Shown: piece by piece, positions 37,859 through 48,440 of the stretch | Numbering within the stretch: position 1 is the stretch's first letter | Layout: each line of letters starts with the position of its first letter | NCBI GenBank assembly: GCA_965262115.1 | Contig: OZ253496.1 | Coordinates: forward strand, 64,001 to 128,000 | DNA from: Nitrospinales bacterium | Lineage (GTDB): Bacteria; Nitrospinota; Nitrospinia; Nitrospinales; VA-1 | Direction of reading: 5' to 3' | DNA length: 64,000 nucleotides | Program-made: the position numbers and the translations under genes | The notes under the pieces: generated by a model | Told to the model about the DNA's origin: nothing | Databases searched by the model: none | Seen by the model: only the letters and a program-made list of their open reading frames with translations

Positions 37859-40666
37859 GTGAATCGGATTCCAAAATTTCTAAAAACCGGGTTGCTTCTG
37901 GTTTTATGGGTTGTATTTTTAATTTCTTCCGTCGAAGCTGTTAAGGGAGATAAGCGAAAAACCCAGACGCTCTCACTGGAAAACGGACTGGATGTTCTTC
38001 TGGTCTCCGATCCGGATGTGCATCGTAGTGCCGCCGCTTTATCAGTCGGCACCGGTTATTTGTATGACCCCAAAGGCAAAGCTGGACTGGCCCATTATCT
38101 TGAGCATATGTTGTTTCTGGGTACAAAAAGATATCCGGAAGTGGGGTCCTATAAAAAATTCCTGGACTCGCATTCAGGAGGGGCCAATGCCTACACCGGG
38201 GGAAACATCACCAACTATTTTTTTCAAGTGTCGCAGGATGGGTTCAATAAAGCCCTCGATCGCTTCAGTGATTTTTTTAAGGCTCCTTTGTTCGATAAAA
38301 CCTATGCGGAGAGGGAAGTCAAAGCGGTTAACAACGAACACGAAAAAAACAAGCTCAACGATGGGTGGCGTGGAAATTATGTTGCCGGACTGATATCCGA
38401 GCCGGGGCATCCTATTGCCAATTTTGGAACCGGCAATCAGAAAACCCTGTCGGGCGACAACCGCCCTGCATTATTGGAATTTTATAAGCGTTATTATGCG
38501 GCTTCCAATATGAAGCTGGCCCTTATTTCGAGCATGCCGATGGAAATTCTTTCCGGTGTGGCGCAGAAATATTTTTCAGGCATCCCCAATCGGCCCGTTA
38601 AGGTTCCGAAGTTGTCTCCCGAATTCAGGAAGCCGCTCAAGGGGCAGTATCGCTTGCTGACCATAAAAACCATCAAGGATGTTCGCTCATTGGAAATTGA
38701 TTTTCCCACTATCCGCCTTAAAAACCATCAGGCCAGTAAACCCGCCTCCATCGTCGGTGCTGTGTTGGGCTATGAGGGCAAAGGTTCTCTGCTCTCCAGG
38801 TTAAAAGAAGAGGGGCTGGTTTTGAGCCTCAGCGCGGGTGGGGGAAGCAGTCACCCGGATATCAATTCGTTCGGCATCAATATTTCCCTGACTGAAAAAG
38901 GACTGAAAGATTATGAGCGGATTCTTGAATTGATTTTTGCCTACATTGATATGGTGCGCGAACAGGGGTTTGAGGAATACACTTTCAAGGAAACTCAGGC
39001 TATGGCCCAAATCAACTTTGATTGGAAAAATCCGAATGAGGGTATGGGATTCGTTGCAGGTAAAGCCGCACTGATGCAGGATTACAAATTGAAAGATATA
39101 GAAACTTTGCCTTTCCTTTTTACCGAATACGAGCCTTCTGCCTATAAGGCAGTCTTGAATACATTGGTTCCTGAAAACGCGATGGTGGTCTTGAGTCACA
39201 ATTCAGCGGGAACCGATAGCAAAGCGCCGTATTACGATGCCGAATATGCCCTCAAAAAAATAGGTGGAAAGGCTTTTAGTAAATTATCCAGCCCTGGGAA
39301 GCTGGACGGTGTTTTTTATCCTGAAAAAAATGATTTCATTCCTTACAACTTGAATCTTGTGGAGGAATATCCTCATCTGGTGCAGGATGATGACCGGGCA
39401 AAAGTCTGGTTTAAATATGACCATCGTTTCAAACAACCCAAAATTGCTTTGACGTTCAGAATCGAAACCGCAAAAGTTTATCGCAGTGCTAAAAATTTGG
39501 AACTGGCTAAACTTTATGAGGCCATGATGCAGGAAGGCTTGAATGAACTGGTTTATCCTATTCAAATGGCGGGATTATCCTATGGCCTGTCTATTCAAAA
39601 GAAAGGAGTGCTTCTCAATCTTGGCGGTTATTCAGAGCGGATTGGTGATTTGATCAAGCTGGTGACTGAAAACTTGAAGGAAGTGAAAGTGGATGAACAG
39701 AAATTCGCAAATATCAAGGAGGCGATGATACGCGGATTGAAAAACAGCAAGCTCGGCCAGGCCTATTCGCGGGGAGGTTATTACAACTGGTTGATGCTTC
39801 TCAAGGATCAATACACCGAGGAGGAAAAACTTGCGGCCCTGACTCCTATCACTTTGAGTGATGTCAAGACTTACGCCAAAACCCTTTACGAGAAAGTATA
39901 TATCACCGGAATGATTCATGGGAATTGGTCGGATGATGAAGCGCGGCAAAGCGTGGACATTCTGCTATCCGCTTTGGGGAGCCAGCCGCTACCCGAAAAC
40001 GAACGCTTCGAGCAGGTGGTGGAAGTCATGCCACAGGGGGAACGGTTCCAGTTTAGTCAGGAGGTGGCGGATAATAATAATTCCCTGGCCTACGCCATTC
40101 AGGTGGGAGAGAAAAATTTCCCCCTCTTGGCCAAGAGTTCACTGATCGCTTCTGTTGTAGAAAGCGATTTTTATACGCAGATGCGTACCAACCAGCAACT
40201 GGGATATATCGTGTGGAGTTTTCATCAGCGCATAGAAGATCGAATCTTTTTCCGGCTGGTGATCCAGTCTTCCACCCACGGCCCTTTTGAAATGAGCAAG
40301 CGGGTCAACAGCTGGCTGGCGAGCACCGAAAAACTATTCTATAATTTGACCGACCAGGAATTTCAGCGGCATCAACAAAGCCTGATCGTCGCGTTGGAAA
40401 AGGAAGGCGACAGCATCGGCGCGGTGGCGGGAGACCTTTACTCTCTTGCGACAGATGAAAAAGAAGACTTCCGGTTTAAAAAGAAATTGATTCAAGCGAT
40501 TCGGGACCTCAAAAAATCAGAGGTTGCCCAAACGGCGGACAAAATTTTCCGAGACCCAGGCACTTCCCGGCTTGAGGTATTAATGAGGGCCAAGGGAAGC
40601 CAGGAAAAAGTTCCTGACGGAGTTCTTGCGGAAGTCGGTCAGTTTAAAAAACAGTTGGGCCGATAG
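37859..40666 (+). CDS. M16A zinc metallopeptidase (pitrilysin/insulinase family), secreted
   Basis: HYLEH inverted zinc motif, NAYT, MRTNQQLGY; GTG start after GGAGG, followed by a signal peptide. Confidence 0.93.
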   Translation: MNRIPKFLKTGLLLVLWVVFLISSVEAVKGDKRKTQTLSLENGLDVLLVSDPDVHRSAAALSVGTGYLYDPKGKAGLAHYLEHMLFLGTKRYPEVGSYKKFLDSHSGGANAYTGGNITNYFFQVSQDGFNKALDRFSDFFKAPLFDKTYAEREVKAVNNEHEKNKLNDGWRGNYVAGLISEPGHPIANFGTGNQKTLSGDNRPALLEFYKRYYAASNMKLALISSMPMEILSGVAQKYFSGIPNRPVKVPKLSPEFRKPLKGQYRLLTIKTIKDVRSLEIDFPTIRLKNHQASKPASIVGAVLGYEGKGSLLSRLKEEGLVLSLSAGGGSSHPDINSFGINISLTEKGLKDYERILELIFAYIDMVREQGFEEYTFKETQAMAQINFDWKNPNEGMGFVAGKAALMQDYKLKDIETLPFLFTEYEPSAYKAVLNTLVPENAMVVLSHNSAGTDSKAPYYDAEYALKKIGGKAFSKLSSPGKLDGVFYPEKNDFIPYNLNLVEEYPHLVQDDDRAKVWFKYDHRFKQPKIALTFRIETAKVYRSAKNLELAKLYEAMMQEGLNELVYPIQMAGLSYGLSIQKKGVLLNLGGYSERIGDLIKLVTENLKEVKVDEQKFANIKEAMIRGLKNSKLGQAYSRGGYYNWLMLLKDQYTEEEKLAALTPITLSDVKTYAKTLYEKVYITGMIHGNWSDDEARQSVDILLSALGSQPLPENERFEQVVEVMPQGERFQFSQEVADNNNSLAYAIQVGEKNFPLLAKSSLIASVVESDFYTQMRTNQQLGYIVWSFHQRIEDRIFFRLVIQSSTHGPFEMSKRVNSWLASTEKLFYNLTDQEFQRHQQSLIVALEKEGDSIGAVAGDLYSLATDEKEDFRFKKKLIQAIRDLKKSEVAQTADKIFRDPGTSRLEVLMRAKGSQEKVPDGVLAEVGQFKKQLGR

Positions 40667-40685
40667 AGTGTGATATTTTTCCTAT

Positions 40686-42230
40686 ATGAACTTCGTGGCG
40701 ATTTTAAAAAGAGGGACCAACCTTCTCAAGCTGGGGCTTGCCACAAGAAAGTTGCGCAAGTCCACATCGGAAGACCAGCGTTATTGGGCTCAGCACTACC
40801 TGATTGAACTGCTGGGTCAGTCAAGAGGACTGCCCGCCAAGATCGGCCAGTTCATCACCATGGATGCAGACGATCAGGCCCTGCGCGAATCTCTCAACAA
40901 TTCTATGGAGCCTCTTCCTTTTGAGGAGGTCGCGGAACTGATCCATAACGCCTACGGCAAACCCTGGGACACAGTTTTTAAGAAGCTGGAAAAATCCTGC
41001 AAGACCGCATCGCTGGGGCAGGTGCATTTTGGCAAGCTTAAGGATGGCACGGAAGTGGCGGTGAAGGTGCAGTATCCCGGAATCGCAACAACAGTGGAAG
41101 CAGAGATGAACCTCATGGGTTGGTTGCCCAAGGTCGGGCCTGTGGCTAAGTGGGGATTCAAGATGGATGGCTACCGCGATGCTTTCTGGCATAATTTCAG
41201 CGAAGAGTTGGACTATCGCATCGAAGCCGGGCATCAGGAAAACTATCGTCAGAAAATCCCCCCGCTGGAACGCATTGTCGTCCCCGAAGTCATCAGCGAT
41301 TTGACACAGCCCACCGTACTGGTGCAGAAAAGGGAAGAAGGGTTCGGCCTCGATAAAGCCGAAACCATGATGCCCGAGCAGAAACAGGCTATGGGCCGGT
41401 TATTGCTCCAGCATTATTTTCACATGTTGTTTCGGCACGGGTTTGTCCATGCCGATCCGCAACCGGCGAACTTTGCCTTCCGGCAATATAAAAAAGATTA
41501 TTTTGTGTTGGTGATTTACGATTTTGGCAGTGTTCTGGAAATTTCGGATGATGTTCGGCTAGCGCTTTTAAGAATCATCCTGGCGCTTCGCGACAGGGAG
41601 CATCTGGACCCGGTGACCTGTCTTGCGGCCCTGGGTTTCGATCCGGAAAAATTAAAAGACCTGCGCCTGACTCTACCCGCCTTGATGTCCGTTTTGTTCG
41701 AGCCTTTCTTGATAGAAGCTCCCTACCATGTTAAAGACTGGCGAATGAGTGAACGGTTTGACCAGATCGTTGGCGACATGAAATGGTGGTTCCGTTCTTC
41801 CGCGCCTCCTCAACTGATATTCCTGATGCGGACCTTGCACGGCTTGACCACCATGTTGAGACGGTTGGACGTCCCATTACCCTGGCAGTTCACAATGGAC
41901 AAAATCCTGTCCGACATTTATCCTCAAGCACGGGCTTTGACCTTGCCGCAATTGGAAGGCGACTCCCAAAGTCCGGCGTTCGACTCCATGGCCCACTACC
42001 TCAAGGTTCATGTGGTGAAGTCCAACGGCAATAAAATCAGCCTCACCATGCCGGCCCGGTGCGCCGATGATATCGAAGGGGTGATGGATGAGTCGGTGAA
42101 AGAATCAATCAAAAAACAAAACATCGACTTGGAAGCCATTCAGGATAAAGCCCGGAAATCCGGTTTTGTCCCGCAAGTTCTGTTTGAACTCCACGACGAA
42201 GAACGTGATATGAAAGTCTGGCTCGAATAG
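40686..42230 (+). CDS. AarF/ABC1/UbiB family kinase
   Basis: KIGQ, ASLGQVH, VAVKVQYPG, EELDY, HADPQPAN, YDFG. Confidence 0.93.
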   Translation: MNFVAILKRGTNLLKLGLATRKLRKSTSEDQRYWAQHYLIELLGQSRGLPAKIGQFITMDADDQALRESLNNSMEPLPFEEVAELIHNAYGKPWDTVFKKLEKSCKTASLGQVHFGKLKDGTEVAVKVQYPGIATTVEAEMNLMGWLPKVGPVAKWGFKMDGYRDAFWHNFSEELDYRIEAGHQENYRQKIPPLERIVVPEVISDLTQPTVLVQKREEGFGLDKAETMMPEQKQAMGRLLLQHYFHMLFRHGFVHADPQPANFAFRQYKKDYFVLVIYDFGSVLEISDDVRLALLRIILALRDREHLDPVTCLAALGFDPEKLKDLRLTLPALMSVLFEPFLIEAPYHVKDWRMSERFDQIVGDMKWWFRSSAPPQLIFLMRTLHGLTTMLRRLDVPLPWQFTMDKILSDIYPQARALTLPQLEGDSQSPAFDSMAHYLKVHVVKSNGNKISLTMPARCADDIEGVMDESVKESIKKQNIDLEAIQDKARKSGFVPQVLFELHDEERDMKVWLE

Positions 42231-42253
42231 CCGGCCAGCGGTCGGTGGCAATG

Positions 42254-42558
42254 GAGACCTTTGCATAAGTCAAAAAATCGAAGAATCGAGATGCTTCGAG
42301 ATACCCCTACGGGGCATGAAGTTTAAGGAAGAGGATATCACATACCCCTACGGGGCAAGAATTCAAAGGTCAAATATCACTAGCTCAGCATGACAATACT
42401 GGGCCGGTTTGTCATTCTGAGGAACAAGGTGACGAAGACGTGATATTTGTGATGGCCTCTTCCTTAAACTTCATGCCCGGCACGGGTATTTCCTTAAACT
42501 TCATGAGCCTGTGATATCCCCTCCGCTAAATTCATGCCCGGAACGGGTAGAAGGGGTA
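42254..42558. mobile_element. Partial second copy of the GAGACCTTTGCATA MITE carrying five ~40-bp mini-elements
   Basis: Left TIR and gagatgcttcga..ctcagcatgac backbone as at 36135; mini-elements at 42302-42341, 42343-42380 and 42440-42558 (outer, split) with 42449-42488 and 42511-42549 nested. Confidence 0.85.
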
Positions 42559-42585
42559 CATCGGTGGCTAGAAAAGGTTGTGTGG

Positions 42586-43983
42586 TTACTGGCAGGATGA
42601 AGTTTCGTTTTCCAGAGTAGGATGGATGGGCACAATTTCTACGGTTTTGTTGACGTTGTCTCTGGTGTTCTGCACTGCCAGTTTGTCGAATAGGAAAGTC
42701 AATTTCTCTTCCAGTTCTTTGCCGATCCCTGCGCGGATTTCATTGGACAATCCCCAGAATTCGGATTTGAACTCGCCGAACCCTTTTTTGCGGGTCTTGT
42801 AGATGAACTGCTCATCGGTTTCTCCGGACTTTTTCTCCCCGGCAAACTTTTTCCTCAAGTGTGTGTAAATTTCTTCTTTAAAGTCGGCGGGGAACAGGTC
42901 GCTCCCGTAAATCATATTCTGAAAATCAGTAGCCAGATGAATTTCTGCTGTTTCCAGTTCCGGGAATTTATTGAACAGGTCTTGGGGGAGGGTGGACGCG
43001 CCATGTTGGACGGCTCCAGCCAGTCCATAATTCTCGCGTGAAATGCGCGAAAGGTTTTCCAGCGTATCGAAATCGAGATTGACATCGGCCACGGTGCCAT
43101 CGGGTAAAGGGACCCCTCCATGCGAGGTCCCGGTTTGGATGGAGATTTTGCTGATGGTGGTGCCATTGCGATTTTTTTCCAGAAGTTTATTGAAGTTGTC
43201 AAGATAGGCTATCAGTTCCTGCTCGTTGCTGTTTTCTTTTCCCACCTCGCCGATTTCACCACCCACAGAGATGGTGATGCCCTCCGGTTCGAATTCACGA
43301 ACATGTTGGGTGAGACCCACACCGACTTCAAAGTTGGCGCGTTGTTGTTCCACGACGGTGGGTTTGCTGAGGTCGACCAGTGTCGAGGTGTCAATGTCGA
43401 TATTATAGAATCCGCCAGCAATACCGCTTTGGATCAATTCTTTGAGTCCGGCGATCTCTTTTTCCGGGTCTTGGGCGTAGTTTTTGGCGTTGACCTGAAA
43501 ATGGTCTCCCTGTATGAAAACAGGTCCTGTATAACTTTCTTTAATGGCTGCTGCAAGAATGACGGTAGACAATTCGTGCGGTTTCTGGAAGGTGTAGCCC
43601 ATTTCCGATTTAGCCAGTTCAAAAATAAAGGCACCGGCGTTCATCTTTATAGCGGTGCGAAAAATGGCTCGGCACAGTTCATAGGGCAGACCGCGGATGT
43701 TGAGAGCGGGTACGGTGAATCCTTTAACTTCGCCCCGGCCTCGAGCTTCATAGAGTCCTTGAATAGATGAACTGACAATGCCCAGTTCCAGTGCTGCAGA
43801 TTTGATGAGAAACCGGCTCAGTCCTTTTATCTCTGCTGATGGGTTGAGAACGGCGTTCTGGACCAACTGATCGAGCACGTCGCCCTTGAGTTTATCGGCG
43901 TTTTCTATTTTCAAGCCCCCGTTATCGGGAGTGGCAATATTTTTGAGTTGGTGGGTTATTTCGTCTTTATTATTAAAAAACAT
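42586..43983 (-). CDS. Class II fructose-bisphosphate aldolase family protein (long form)
   Basis: VPALN, QGDH, GEIGEVG, GTSHG, VQHGAS. Confidence 0.88.
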   Translation of the reverse strand: MFFNNKDEITHQLKNIATPDNGGLKIENADKLKGDVLDQLVQNAVLNPSAEIKGLSRFLIKSAALELGIVSSSIQGLYEARGRGEVKGFTVPALNIRGLPYELCRAIFRTAIKMNAGAFIFELAKSEMGYTFQKPHELSTVILAAAIKESYTGPVFIQGDHFQVNAKNYAQDPEKEIAGLKELIQSGIAGGFYNIDIDTSTLVDLSKPTVVEQQRANFEVGVGLTQHVREFEPEGITISVGGEIGEVGKENSNEQELIAYLDNFNKLLEKNRNGTTISKISIQTGTSHGGVPLPDGTVADVNLDFDTLENLSRISRENYGLAGAVQHGASTLPQDLFNKFPELETAEIHLATDFQNMIYGSDLFPADFKEEIYTHLRKKFAGEKKSGETDEQFIYKTRKKGFGEFKSEFWGLSNEIRAGIGKELEEKLTFLFDKLAVQNTRDNVNKTVEIVPIHPTLENETSSCQ

Positions 43984-44582
43984 CGGGCTCCCTTTGAAAG
44001 CTTAAAGTCCCTGATTGTAAGCGAGAATCATACATCGGGGTGTCGGTTCAGGAATTGGCCGGAACTATAAAATGATTCCGGGTTTCAGCGTTGTTGCATC
44101 TTCTGTTTGCGGTTGGGACCGTATAAAGATGAAGTTTTGCCTGTCGAGTGCATTGTAGCGAAAAATCTGCTTTCAGGCAAAACATCTTTATGGGGAAAAG
44201 AATAACTAAATTATTACTTTAAAAACAATTATTTAACGTTATTATATTAATCCTGATTGTCCGTGGTGCTGGCTGGAATGATCTATTTAAACCTGAAAAA
44301 CGGGTTATGATAAATGCTTGAGGGTGCAAGCCGAAACGGTTTTTGGCGGAATCCGTTTAAACTCTTAAAACGCCTATAATTACAACATTTTCTTGCCTTA
44401 ATTCTAATTGACACAGTTGAATAATTTGCTATAATGCCCAGCGTCTGTATTGTGCGTTGATCGCACCCGATTCATCTGTTGATTAAGTGAATTTATTTTA
44501 TGATTCGTTAATTTTTGAATATTTAGATTCTAATTTTTCAAAACTATATTTCCCAGGATTCTGGAACGGAGAAATTGACCCC

Positions 44583-46550
44583 ATGTTTAAGAATATTTAT
44601 ATACCGGTAGACAATTCTGATTATTCCAACGCTTGCGTGGATCTAGCGCTCGAGTTTGCCAAGGGATCAGAAACGACCATTACCGCAAGCCATGTTTATG
44701 CCGCGAAAATGCACGATGTCCGGTTTCGTCAAATGGAAAGCGGGCTTCCTGAGGAATATCAGGATGAGCAAGAATTAGAAAAACAACGAAATATTCATGA
44801 CCAGTTGATCACCAAGGGAATGGAAGTTATCAGTGATTCCTATTTGGATGTCCCCAAGGACAAATGTAAAACATTGGGCATTCCTTTTGTGGGTAAATCC
44901 CTCGAAGGGCGCAATTGGACGGAGATGGTGCGAGATATCAAGGAATCTCCCTATGACTTGGTTATCATCGGTGCTTTAGGGCTCGGCGCCATTAAAGACA
45001 GCTTGATCGGTACCGTTGCTGAGAGGGTGATCCGGCGCTCTACAAAAGATATGTTGGTGGTGAAATATTGTCCTGAAATTCATGACGACAGGCCTTCAAG
45101 CGGGAAAATTGTAGTGGCAGTGGATGGTAGCGGCCATTCTTTTGGTGGCTTGATGACAGGTATTGAAATGGCGAAGAAGTTGAATCGTCCTCTGGAAATC
45201 ATTTCTACATTTGATCCTTATTTCCATTATGCCATGTTCAACAGCCTGACTGGCGTATTGTCCCGGGAAGCTTCCAAAGTGTTCAAGTTTGAGCAACAGG
45301 AAAAGCTTCATGAAGATATCATCGATAAGGGGCTGGCAAAAATCTACCAGGCTCATCTGGAGATTTCCCGAAAAGTTTGTGAAGAAGAAGATGTGGAATG
45401 CACCATCCGTCTTCTGGACGGAAAGGTTTTCGAGAAAGTTCTGCAGTACGCTCGGGAAGAGAACCCCTATCTGCTGATTCTTGGAAGAATTGGAGTTCAC
45501 AGTGCTCCGGATATGGACATTGGAGGCAATGCCGAGAACCTGTTGCGTCTGGTTCCGTGTAACGTGATGCTTTCCAGCAGAGTGTTCAAGCCGCCGATAG
45601 ACTTGCAGGCGGAAGAGAGCATTGAATGGACCGCTGAAGCGAAAGAGCGCTTGAAGAAGATTCCGGGATTTGTTCGCCCCATGGCGACTTCCGCGATCCT
45701 GCGTTATGCATTGGAGCGGGGACACAGCATGATCACATCTGGAGTTATCACCGAAGCGGTGCAGGAGATTCTACCTGCCGGCGCCATGCAGGCCATGTCT
45801 GCCATTGGTGAAAGTATGAAGAAAGAAGGAATGGACCCGAATAACCCTGAAGGTCTGGGCATGCTGAAGGAAGAAATGGCAGAAGCTCATGCTGGTAAAC
45901 CTCCTGAAGAGATAACTTTGAAATGCACCAGTTGTAATACTTTTTATAAAGGTGATGTTGTTAAATGTACTGTTTGCAATGCGGGTCCGGAACGCTTGCT
46001 TCCTGTTAATAAGGAAGAGTGTCAGCCTACGGAAGCAGAGGCTCAGGATTCCACTACCTTCACACCTCTGCCGGATGGTGTGCAAGTGTCATGGACCCAG
46101 GAAGCCTTGGATCGGCTTAACAGTTTTCCAAAGGGGCATTTGAGAAGAAAAGCCCATGCCCGAGTTGAGAAAAATGCGCGGGTGCAGAAAGTGAATACCG
46201 TCTCATTGGCATTTCTCGATAAAATCCTGAACGAAAAGATCGTCCAGGATGGAAATGGGAAAAGCGAAGGAATTCCGGGAGACATCCTCAGCATAGGAGA
46301 ATCCTTGAATGCAGATGATTTCAACTGGTCACCGGAAGCTTTGGAAAGGCTGGAACGCGTTCCCCAAGGGTTTATGAGGGACAATACCCAAAACCGGGTA
46401 ATGGCCTGGTGTTCTCAAAATGATATCAAGGATATTTCACTGGATGTCTGTGAGGAAGGAATCCGGGAGTCTGTAAAGATGATGGAAGAGGCCATTAAAA
46501 ATGGCGCAGGCTTGGAAGATTTTATCCCCAAAAAAGAAGTAAAAGCCTAG
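44583..46550 (+). CDS. Universal stress protein: two USP domains, three PCP_red-like repeats and a CxxC..CxxC metal site
   Basis: MFKNIYIPVDNS..GTVAERVIR; KIVVAVDGS..GGNAENLLR; three W[TS].EA..RL...P repeats; CTSC-x10-CTVC. Confidence 0.85.
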   Translation: MFKNIYIPVDNSDYSNACVDLALEFAKGSETTITASHVYAAKMHDVRFRQMESGLPEEYQDEQELEKQRNIHDQLITKGMEVISDSYLDVPKDKCKTLGIPFVGKSLEGRNWTEMVRDIKESPYDLVIIGALGLGAIKDSLIGTVAERVIRRSTKDMLVVKYCPEIHDDRPSSGKIVVAVDGSGHSFGGLMTGIEMAKKLNRPLEIISTFDPYFHYAMFNSLTGVLSREASKVFKFEQQEKLHEDIIDKGLAKIYQAHLEISRKVCEEEDVECTIRLLDGKVFEKVLQYAREENPYLLILGRIGVHSAPDMDIGGNAENLLRLVPCNVMLSSRVFKPPIDLQAEESIEWTAEAKERLKKIPGFVRPMATSAILRYALERGHSMITSGVITEAVQEILPAGAMQAMSAIGESMKKEGMDPNNPEGLGMLKEEMAEAHAGKPPEEITLKCTSCNTFYKGDVVKCTVCNAGPERLLPVNKEECQPTEAEAQDSTTFTPLPDGVQVSWTQEALDRLNSFPKGHLRRKAHARVEKNARVQKVNTVSLAFLDKILNEKIVQDGNGKSEGIPGDILSIGESLNADDFNWSPEALERLERVPQGFMRDNTQNRVMAWCSQNDIKDISLDVCEEGIRESVKMMEEAIKNGAGLEDFIPKKEVKA

Positions 46551-46580
46551 GCTTTTCCCTCGTTTAAGCAACAGTTTTTT

Positions 46581-46622
46581 TAGCCCCTGGATATTGAATT
46601 GAGTTCAATACCAGGGGCTTTT
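46581..46622 (+). terminator. Rho-independent terminator
   Basis: agcccctgg-atattgaa..ttcaata-ccaggggct followed by T run. Confidence 0.75.
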
Positions 46623-46672
46623 CCCTGTCATTTTCTGTCCTACAGGTTCCTGTCTCGAAATCTCGGTGGCTA

Positions 46673-48439
46673 ATGTCCTCCCAACTTTATAAGCGCTTAT
46701 TTCGTAACCTAAAACCTTATCTTGGCCGTTTGTATCTGGCCATTTTCTTTTCAGTCACTGTTGGCATCATCGCCACTTCGCCCGTTCCGATTATTCAAAA
46801 AACCTTCGATCAGATCTTTGTTGAAAAAGATTATTTCATGCTGAAGGTGATTCCCCTTGCCCTGGTCATTTTATACGTTATCAAAGCAATATTGACCTAT
46901 GCACAGAACCTCATCATTTTCGGTATCTCGTGGGAGTTGGTGGCGAGATTCAGGGAAAAGTTGTTCACTCATATTCACGGGATTCCTTTCGTGTTTTTTG
47001 AGAACCATGAAACCGGCGAGATCATGTCGCGAATCAACAATGATGTTGCAATCATGCAGTCCACCCTGACGCGACTATTGAAAGAGTTCATGCAAAACGG
47101 TGTGATGCTGATTGGTCTGCTAGGTTGGGTGTTTTACTTAAAATGGGACTGGGCGATAATGGCGCTGATCATATTTCCTGCAACGGTCTTCCCGGTATCA
47201 AGAATTGCCCGGAAACTGCGGCACCTGTCCCGCAGAGGGCAAGAGATTCTGGGCAGTATCAACGCAACGATTCTGGAATCCTTTTCAGGGATAAAAGTTG
47301 TCCGAGCCTTTGGTATGAAACCTCGTGAGATAGAAAAGTTCCGAGTTGATAACGATGGTTATCTTGCAGTGATGAAAAAAAATGTCAAGTATGTGGAAAT
47401 CACTTCACCTTTTCTGGAGGTTTTGGGAGTTGCCAGTGTGGCGTTCATCCTGTGGTATGGAGGGAATCAGGTTTTGAATGGCGAAATCAGCCAGGGAACA
47501 TTTCTGGCTTTCATCGTTGCCTTGTTCATGATGTATGCTCCCATTCGAATATTGTTCAAAATCTACACCAATGTCCAGACAGCATTGGCAGGAGCGGATA
47601 GGGTGTTCGATATTCTTGACCATGATGTAGAAATGCTGTGGGAAGGCCAGGATGAACTTCAAAACTTCAAGGCCGGTATTGAGTTTAAGGATGTTTCTTT
47701 TCGCTATCCGTCACGCAACGCACTGGTTCTGAACAATATAAATCTTTTGGTTAAGAAATCAGAAATCATCGCCATTGTGGGGATGAGCGGGGCAGGCAAG
47801 ACAACTTTGGTGGATCTGCTATTTCGCTTCTTCGATCCGACTTCCGGTTCCATCCTGATAGACGGGAAAAATATTCAGGATTATAAACTGGATTCTTTGC
47901 GGCGGCAATTGGCTTTGGTGACTCAGGAAACTTTTTTGTTCAACGATACCATTTTGAACAACATTGCGTTCGGATGTGAGGGGGAAGTCTCACACGAAGA
48001 AATTATGGCGGCCGCCCGAGCCGCCCATGTGGATTATTTTGCATCGAAACTGGATGAGGGTTACGAAACTCTCATCGGCGAACGGGGAGTCAAGCTCTCC
48101 GGAGGACAACGTCAGAGGATCGCCATAGCCCGGGCTATTTTAAGGAACGCTCCAATTCTGGTTCTGGATGAGGCCACGTCGGCATTGGACTCCGAATCCG
48201 AAAAGCTGGTTCAGGATGCCCTGCATAATCTCATGGAACACAGGACGTCTTTCGTTATTGCACATCGTCTATCAACCATCAAACACGCCAACCGGATCAT
48301 TGTCATGGATAAAGGCCAAATCGTAGAGTCGGGGACGCATGAGTCTCTTCTTGCCAGTAGTGGGTTATACCAGAAATATTATGAAATGCAATTCATCGAC
48401 ATGGAATACAATAACAAAAATACCAAAGAAAATAATTAA
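46673..48439 (+). CDS. msbA: MsbA-like ABC exporter (fused TMD and NBD)
   Basis: Six TM segments, GMSGAGKT, LSGGQRQR, LVLDEATSALD, IAHRLST. Confidence 0.8.
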   Translation: MSSQLYKRLFRNLKPYLGRLYLAIFFSVTVGIIATSPVPIIQKTFDQIFVEKDYFMLKVIPLALVILYVIKAILTYAQNLIIFGISWELVARFREKLFTHIHGIPFVFFENHETGEIMSRINNDVAIMQSTLTRLLKEFMQNGVMLIGLLGWVFYLKWDWAIMALIIFPATVFPVSRIARKLRHLSRRGQEILGSINATILESFSGIKVVRAFGMKPREIEKFRVDNDGYLAVMKKNVKYVEITSPFLEVLGVASVAFILWYGGNQVLNGEISQGTFLAFIVALFMMYAPIRILFKIYTNVQTALAGADRVFDILDHDVEMLWEGQDELQNFKAGIEFKDVSFRYPSRNALVLNNINLLVKKSEIIAIVGMSGAGKTTLVDLLFRFFDPTSGSILIDGKNIQDYKLDSLRRQLALVTQETFLFNDTILNNIAFGCEGEVSHEEIMAAARAAHVDYFASKLDEGYETLIGERGVKLSGGQRQRIAIARAILRNAPILVLDEATSALDSESEKLVQDALHNLMEHRTSFVIAHRLSTIKHANRIIVMDKGQIVESGTHESLLASSGLYQKYYEMQFIDMEYNNKNTKENN

Positions 48440-48440
48440 A

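Noticed and set aside
40670..40700. Possible tenth mini-element overlapping the ABC1 kinase start (gtgatatttttcct..aacttcgtg)
   Set aside because: Only one end matches and the GGGTA hairpin end is absent.
42302..42558. Mini-element cluster as a CRISPR or other guide array
   Set aside because: Copies are nested and occur in both orientations with no regular repeat-spacer period.
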